A stretch of 64,000 nucleotides of DNA from an uncultured Phycisphaerales bacterium (lineage in GTDB: Bacteria > Planctomycetota > Phycisphaerae > Tepidisphaerales > Tepidisphaeraceae): the NCBI GenBank assembly GCA_963755915.1, contig CAVWLP010000003.1, positions 928,001 through 992,000 on the forward strand, in the 5' to 3' direction. Shown piece after piece: positions 58,066-64,000 of this stretch. The position numbers and the translations under genes are program-made. The notes below the pieces were generated by a model. The model did no database searches, was not told where the DNA came from, and saw only the letters and a list, made by a program, of their open reading frames with translations. Each line of letters starts with the position of its first letter. The first letter of the stretch is position 1.

Positions 58066-59556
58066 ATGAAACGCCGCTGGCTCATCCTCGGCCTCTCTGC
58101 CGTCAGCATCGTCGCCGCCGGCGCCGCCTACGTCGGCCTGCGCAAGCCCGCCGTTGCCACCACCCTCCCCGACGACACTTACGTCGCCACCGTCGCCCGC
58201 GGCGACCTCACGCAGGGTGTCAGCGCCGCCGGCTCCGTCTCCTCCAATCTCGACGTCGACATCCGCTGCCGCGCCAGCGGCGAAGTCATCGAGCTCCCCT
58301 ACGACATCGGCGACTTCGTCAAAAAAGGCGCCGTTCTGATGAAGCTTGACCCCGCGGATGAAATCGTCGCCCTTCGCGAGGCGCAGGTGACGATGGATCA
58401 GGACACCTCCAAGCTCGAAGTCGCCCGCAAAACCGTCGAGGAGGCCGAGCTTGATCTCGACACCGCTACTTACAAAGCCGCCGCCGACGTCCAATCGGAG
58501 AAAGTCAAAACCATCAACGCCCGCAAAAAGTCCGATCGGCAGCTCGATCTGCTCAATCGCGCCCTCAGCTCCCAGGAGCAATATGAGACCGCCGAATCCG
58601 ACGCCGCCGAGGCTGAGGACGAATACCAGGCCGCCGTGGTCGCCCAGCGCCAGCTTAAAAGCCAGGCCGTCGATCTCGAAGTGAAAAAAGAGCAGATCAA
58701 ACAGGCCCAGCAGCAGGTCGAGCTCGACCAGGTCGCCCTCGACAACGCCAACCTCCAGCTTCAGTACACCACCGTCTTCTGCCCCCTCGACGGCGTCCTT
58801 TCCGACCTGGAAACCCAGAAGGGCTCCCTGATCGCCTCTTCCCTCAGCACGGTAGGCGGCACCACCGTCATGACCGTCTCCGACCTCTCACGCATCTTCG
58901 TCCTCGCTTCCGTCGACGAAGCCGACATCGGCGGCGTCCAGCTCGGCCAGCACTGCCTCATCACCGCCGACGCATATCCCCGCCGCCAGTTTTCCGGCAC
59001 GGTGGTGCGCATCGCCCCGCAGGGTGAAAGCACCCGCAACGTCGTCACTTTCGAAGTCAAAATCGAAGTCACCGATGAAGACAAGCAGCTTCTGCGCCCG
59101 GAAATGACCGCCGACGTGCAGATCATCGCCGCCACCCGGCATGATGTCGTCCTCGCCCCCATGCTCGCGCTCTTCGACAAGGACGACAACAATTTCATCA
59201 CCATCGTTAAGGACATCGACAAGACCGAAGACCGCCAGGTCCAACTCGGCATCGACGATGGCGAAAACGCCGAAATCCTTTCCGGACTTTCCGCCGGTGA
59301 AAAAATCCTCGTCCATCACAACGATGCCGACAGCAAATGGATGGGCACCCATGGCAAAAGCACCGGCACCGTCAAAAAGAAAAACGCCGACAAAAAGAAA
59401 TCCAACAAAAACAGCGGCAGCGACGCAAACGCCAACGACGATTCCTCCACCAATTCAAAAGACAAAAAGAACAAGGACGCCTCGAAGACCGACAAGAAGA
59501 ATTCAAAAAAGAAAAACCAAAACTCCGACGACACGGACGACGACGACAACTCCTAA
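58066..59556 (+). CDS. MacA-like efflux periplasmic adaptor subunit
   Basis: N-terminal TM, SGEV..GDFVKKG, coiled coil, PLDGV, VDEADIG, LRPEMTA; K/D/N-rich tail. Confidence 0.88.
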   Translation: MKRRWLILGLSAVSIVAAGAAYVGLRKPAVATTLPDDTYVATVARGDLTQGVSAAGSVSSNLDVDIRCRASGEVIELPYDIGDFVKKGAVLMKLDPADEIVALREAQVTMDQDTSKLEVARKTVEEAELDLDTATYKAAADVQSEKVKTINARKKSDRQLDLLNRALSSQEQYETAESDAAEAEDEYQAAVVAQRQLKSQAVDLEVKKEQIKQAQQQVELDQVALDNANLQLQYTTVFCPLDGVLSDLETQKGSLIASSLSTVGGTTVMTVSDLSRIFVLASVDEADIGGVQLGQHCLITADAYPRRQFSGTVVRIAPQGESTRNVVTFEVKIEVTDEDKQLLRPEMTADVQIIAATRHDVVLAPMLALFDKDDNNFITIVKDIDKTEDRQVQLGIDDGENAEILSGLSAGEKILVHHNDADSKWMGTHGKSTGTVKKKNADKKKSNKNSGSDANANDDSSTNSKDKKNKDASKTDKKNSKKKNQNSDDTDDDDNS

Positions 59557-59662
59557 ACCGGCGGACGCAATGAAAACAAATCCCCCTCCCCGTTTAGCCG
59601 CAACCCCGCAGGGGTGCGCGTTCCCCCCGTCCCAGATCCGTGGTCCTCTATTTAAAGCCACA

Positions 59663-60866
59663 ATGTTCTTCTGGATGATCATCAAGGTCGCCTTCAAAAG
59701 CCTGTTTGCCAACAAGCTTCGTTCGGTCCTTTCGATCCTTGGCGTCATCGTCGGCGTCGCCGCGGTTATCGCAATGCTCGCCATCGTCAGCGGCTTCCAC
59801 ACCTGGGCCATGAACCGAATCAAATCCTTCGGCGCCAACCAGCTCGTCGTCGAGCCCGGCGGACGCGGCAGCGGTGGCGTCATCAGCGGAACCCAGCAAA
59901 ACCTCACCGTCGATGACGCCCTCGCACTCTGCCAGATTCCCCACGTCCAGGCTGTCTCACCCCTCGTCGAGGGCGGCGCCCAGGCCAAGTACCGCAACCA
60001 CAACACCTCCACCGACGTCCTCGGCTGCGCCACCCACCTTCCTCATGATCGGCAATTACCAACTCGACCACGGCGTCATGTTCTCGGATGATGACGACGA
60101 CCGCGCCGCCCATGTCGCCGTCCTGACCAAAACCGTCGCCACGGAACTCTTCGCAAAATCCGACCCCGTCGGTAAAACCATCAAAATCTACGGCATCAAC
60201 TTCCGCGTCGTCGGCGAAGTCGAAAATCGCGGCGGTGGCGAGGGATATTCCGAATCCGAAATCTTCATCCCCCACACCACCGCTATGCACACGCTCCTCG
60301 GCATACCCTACCTCGGCGAAATCTTCATCGAAGCCGAAGACGGCAGCGACCTCATGGCCGTCGAACGCGACCTCGTCGAAACACTCCGCAACCGCCACAA
60401 GATTCTCCCCGGCGCCCCCGACGACGTGCGCGTCTATAATCAGGCCCGCTTCATCGAAACCGTCGACCAGTGGAGCAAAACCGCCGCCATTCTCCTGGGC
60501 TCGGTCGCCACCATCTCCCTGCTCGTCGGCGGCGTGGGGATCATGAACATCATGCTCGCCAGCGTCACCGAGCGGACGCGCGAGATCGGCGTGCGAAAAG
60601 CCGTCGGCGCCCGCGAGTTCGACATCCTGTGCCAGTTCCTGATCGAAGCCATCATCATCAGCATCACCGGCGGATTCACCGGCGTCGCACTGGGCATCGG
60701 CGTCGCCTGGCTCGTGCAAAACCTCACCGTCTTCACCACCCAGGTGGAACCCTCCAGCATCCTCCTCGCCCTCGGCTTCTCCGCGGCCGTGGGAATATTC
60801 TTCGGGTTCTACCCCGCACGCCGGGCATCGCGCCTCGATCCGATTGAGGCGCTGAGGTATGAGTGA
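59663..60866 (+). CDS. MacB-like ABC permease (frameshift ~60035)
   Basis: NKLRSVLSILGVIVG, GGVGIMNIML.SVTERTREIG, YPARRASRLDPIEALRYE. Confidence 0.9.
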
Positions 60867-61154
60867 AGGGCGTGGGAAGATTGTTTCTGCCAATGGACTG
60901 ATGATTTGCCGGCGGAGGCTCAAATACAAAACTTTACACTCCGCAACAAAATGGGTGGGTTGGGGGGATTTGGGCAAGGCGTTTTGCGGCCGTTGGACAC
61001 TGTTTTATCACTTGTGGATATTTTTGTGGAATTCGCCGGGGAGCGGGCTCGCAGGATTCGTAAACCTCACGGATCGCCCGGAGCGTCCGCGCGGACCCGA
61101 AATACATTACTGCGTCGTATCACTGACTGGCTAATCCGTGATGTCCCCCTACCG

Positions 61155-61334
61155 CTATCCCCCCACCACTATGTTTTTTCGCCGGCGTAAAACGAATAGT
61201 GAGCCGCAGTATTGGCACCGAACCAGCGGCTCATGATCGACGAGGCGGGGGCTTGCACCGCAATCGGGGCACTGAGCGCGGCCGGTGTGGAAGAGGGACA
61301 GCGGGACGGAGCCGGGCGGGTTCACTTCGGCCAT
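61155..61334 (-). CDS. 59-aa zinc-ribbon protein (not in the ORF track)
   Basis: Manual translation MAEVNPPGSVPLSLFHTGRAQCPDCGASPRLVDHEPLVRCQYCGSLFVLRRRKNIVVGG*. Confidence 0.6.
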   Translation of the reverse strand: MAEVNPPGSVPLSLFHTGRAQCPDCGASPRLVDHEPLVRCQYCGSLFVLRRRKNIVVGG

Positions 61335-61367
61335 GGTAGTGAGGTGGGATGGGGTTGCGAAATGTAG

Positions 61368-61456
61368 GATGAACCGGGACGGGATGAAGCGAGACGAGTG
61401 GCTTCCGAAAACCGCTCACGTCCGGGTTTCATTCTCCACGTCCCGGTTTCATTCTC
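61368..61456. repeat. Imperfect hairpin containing a 20-bp tandem duplication
   Basis: CACGTCC(G/C)GGTTTCATTCTC x2 (61417-61456) complementary to GATGAACCGGGACG. Confidence 0.65.
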
Positions 61457-61540
61457 TAAGCGCAACTGGCCTGATGTATTGTCCTCGCCCGTGGGCCACG
61501 CTTGCCAGCCGCACCCCGCGCGTCACAATGGAGCAAGCGT

Positions 61541-61894
61541 ATGCCTGCATACCTCATCTCAATCTGTAAAGGCGTTTCGAACCGCGCAGCGCTAGAGGAC
61601 TATTGGGCCAATGCCCGCCCTACGTTTGAGGGTACAAACGCGACTCCTCTTGTCGCCTACAAGCCATTTGAAATGCTCGAGGGAACGGGCCCTGTCGAGG
61701 GTATCGTATTGTTCGAGTTTCCCTCGATGGAGGTCGCAAGACACTGGTATCACAGCAAAGCATACCAAGACGTGAAACGAAAGAGGGAAGGAGCGGCGGA
61801 GTTTCAGTTGATCCTCGTGGAGGGCGGGTGGGTTGCCGCGGACGAGAGGATGCCTGCAACAAAGGGGAATACTAAACGGAACAGCTCTGAATAA
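61541..61894 (+). CDS. DUF1330 domain protein
   Basis: MPAYLI..LEG..LFEFPSMEVARHWYHS.AYQ..R. Confidence 0.88.
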   Translation: MPAYLISICKGVSNRAALEDYWANARPTFEGTNATPLVAYKPFEMLEGTGPVEGIVLFEFPSMEVARHWYHSKAYQDVKRKREGAAEFQLILVEGGWVAADERMPATKGNTKRNSSE

Positions 61895-61985
61895 CGCGGC
61901 AGTCAACTGCGAACAGCAAAGCGATCGAGTTTCTCTTCCATTCCAGCCGAATATTTTCTACGTTCCTTTGTCACGGACCATCCAG

Positions 61986-62261
61986 ATGAATTACCAAGAC
62001 GATGACAACGACGAGGACTTCGACGACCCGCAAACCCCGGAATTGGCGGACGTTGACGAGGATTCAGTCGATACCGAACGGTGCCCCGGCTGCGGCAAGG
62101 CCGTTTACGAAGAGGCGGAAATCTGTCCCCATTGTCGCAACTATATTTCGCGTGAGGATTCCCTTCCTCCCCGCAAGCCAATCTGGATCATTATCGTTGC
62201 GGTCGCCGCCCTGGTTGCCGTAATCGTGGTGTGGGTGATTCTCGGACTATCCAGGAACTGA
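61986..62261 (+). CDS. Zinc-ribbon membrane protein
   Basis: Acidic N-terminus, CPGCG..CPHC, C-terminal TM helix. Confidence 0.75.
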   Translation: MNYQDDDNDEDFDDPQTPELADVDEDSVDTERCPGCGKAVYEEAEICPHCRNYISREDSLPPRKPIWIIIVAVAALVAVIVVWVILGLSRN

Positions 62262-62351
62262 ATACCTCATCGAGGGCTCGAGCGGGGACGCGAGCCCTTC
62301 GGAAAGGGCTCACGTATCGGTTCCATTTTCTCCTTCGTCGGACCACCCGTC

Positions 62352-62738
62352 TCACTTCCTCATCTCCTCCCTCATCTCCGCAATATGCACTTCCAGCTCC
62401 TTCAGCCGCATTTCCAAATGAAGGCGTGCGCTGGTGAGGTAATACCAGAGCTTGATAAAAACCAGCCCGGCCAGCGCAGCGGTCGCGATGAACAGACCGG
62501 CGGGCATTTCATCCGATTTCGGGTCGAAGACAATAATCCACGCCCCAAGCAGCAGCGGCACTGCATAAAAAAGGTGCCAGGCCAACGTCCAGTGCCACGT
62601 TCTGCGGACTGCTTTTTCGTTCTGCTGTTTAACCAGTTCCATAATCTTTTTAACCTCCGCGCCGCCGGCAGCCTGCCCGGGAGCTGGCTCGCCCGACTGC
62701 GCAAATTCAGATTTGATCTTCTGATCCACTTCATCCAT
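62352..62738 (-). CDS. Two-TM protein, putative anti-sigma factor (DUF6768-like)
   Basis: Start overlaps the ECF sigma stop; two TM helices; KLWYY..RLKELE tail. Confidence 0.6.
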   Translation of the reverse strand: MDEVDQKIKSEFAQSGEPAPGQAAGGAEVKKIMELVKQQNEKAVRRTWHWTLAWHLFYAVPLLLGAWIIVFDPKSDEMPAGLFIATAALAGLVFIKLWYYLTSARLHLEMRLKELEVHIAEMREEMRK

Positions 62739-63288
62739 GGCTCTGACATCCCATCTCCCGCCGCACATGCTCCCGGGCATAATGCAGGCGGGATTTGACC
62801 GTTCCGATTTTCACCTCCAGCGCCGCCGCAATCTGCTCCACGTCCCACCCTTCCATATAGTGCAGCGTCAAAACCTCGCGATGCTCAACGGATAAAACCC
62901 GCATCATTCGCTCAAGGTCGCCCGGCGATTGCGAAAGATCAGGCTCGCTCTTCGCGTCCGCCAGCCCGGCGTCGTCTCCATCGCGGCGGGATCGCCGGCG
63001 GCGATTGACCCAATTCACACATTCGCGCCCGACGATTTTGTAGACCCAGAAATCGAACATCGATGCGCTCTTCAATTTCGTGATCCCCTTCACGACACCC
63101 ACCCACGCCTCCTGCACGGCTTCTTCAGCTCCGTGCTGGTCTCCGGTCAGCCGCCGGGCATGGGCAAGCAGCCGGCCATGCCAACGCTGCACCAAATCAC
63201 TCAGAGCCTCGCCATCGCGCGCCTGGGCTCTCAGGACGAGCAACTCCTGATGAAGGTCCTCACTCGCTTTGCCCATGCCGTACCTCAA
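62731..63288 (-). CDS. ECF RNA polymerase sigma factor
   Basis: AEEAVQEAW, F..WVYKI, REVLTLHY..QIA..GTVKSRLHYAR. Confidence 0.92.
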   Translation of the reverse strand: MRYGMGKASEDLHQELLVLRAQARDGEALSDLVQRWHGRLLAHARRLTGDQHGAEEAVQEAWVGVVKGITKLKSASMFDFWVYKIVGRECVNWVNRRRRSRRDGDDAGLADAKSEPDLSQSPGDLERMMRVLSVEHREVLTLHYMEGWDVEQIAAALEVKIGTVKSRLHYAREHVRREMGCQSHG

Positions 63289-63602
63289 TAGTCCCGGCAG
63301 ATCGTCGCCAGGTTCAACCCAAACACCATAAACGCGTCAAATTTCGTTCTCCATCTTCACCATCCTTCCCAGCTTGTTGCCGACTGTTACCTTTTGTACC
63401 GCATGCTCCCCACGCAGAATGTATTAGGCGTCCCGCCAAATCTTTTGCCCGTCGCGCAAGATTCGCTTTCCACCCCGGTAACCCCCACGTGAAACAAAAG
63501 CGGACAACGACGGCGGCAAACACCTTTCGGAACTGTTTCCGATCACCGCCCGGCAAAACCGCAACGCAACAACCATTTGCCCTTTCGGGCAGGAGCTTGA
63601 AC

Positions 63603-63977
63603 ATGAAACGGATCACCTGGGTTCTGGCCGCGGCGATGACTTCCGGCCTCGCAAGCCTTCTCCCCACTGCCGCACACGCCCGCGCCATTGACGGCCCCCG
63701 CGCTGATATCGCCAACGTCGACGCCAACGGCGCAAATCGCTATTACATCGAATTTTACGGCGGTGAAACCGGCGTCGTCCGCGTCGTCGGCGACGGCGAT
63801 ACCAACCTGGAAGTCAAGGTCTACGATGCCAACGGAAACCTCATCACTACCGACTCCGACAATGATGGCAGCGGCTACTGTGAAGTCCACTTCCTCCCCT
63901 ACTACACCCAAAACTTCACCATCCGCGTCATCAATCATGGAGACGTCTACAACCACTACACCCTGAAGACGAACTAA
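63603..63977 (+). CDS. Secreted protein with PPC-like beta domain
   Basis: AGGAG RBS; signal peptide ending AHA; GDGDTNLEVKVYDANGNLI..D. Confidence 0.75.
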   Translation: MKRITWVLAAAMTSGLASLLPTAAHARAIDGPRADIANVDANGANRYYIEFYGGETGVVRVVGDGDTNLEVKVYDANGNLITTDSDNDGSGYCEVHFLPYYTQNFTIRVINHGDVYNHYTLKTN

Positions 63978-64000
63978 CTTCGCCTTCACCAGCAGCCTTA

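Noticed and set aside
61460-62340. Integron cassette array
   Set aside because: No RYYYAAC/GTTRRRY attC pairs or integron integrase seen

Overview
GC-rich bacterial chromosome segment, inferred to be Planctomycetota (Phycisphaerae/Tepidisphaeraceae-like) from an N-terminal 'E-x-LE-x-R-x-LL-S' secretion motif, DUF3467, a pilB-pilT-pilB cluster and intergenic heptamer repeats. Housekeeping genes (tRNA-Gly, guaB, moeB, metK, alaS, lysS, ilvE, fabZ-like, lolC/E-lolD, dps) are mixed with detox oxidoreductases, three toxin-antitoxin-type pairs, a glycosylation neighbourhood and efflux genes. About 17 genes, including alaS and metK, are split by frameshifts, which is best explained by sequencing indels. 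Best-supported unusual observations: (1) a complete 1,973-bp group II intron sits inside a REP-like palindrome that re-forms almost perfectly when the intron is removed, with a candidate EBS1 complementary to the palindrome core; (2) an orphan RnfC/RnfD pair in which both proteins have lost their flavin motifs; (3) a low-GC patch with an in-frame insertion inside alaS; (4) a candidate sRNA bounded by a promoter and terminator, and a MITE-like element, beside tRNA-Gly; (5) unusual fusions (FN3-MscS, DEDDh exonuclease-WYL, PadR partner with a degenerate S26 fold). All family calls are by motif recognition, with no database search.
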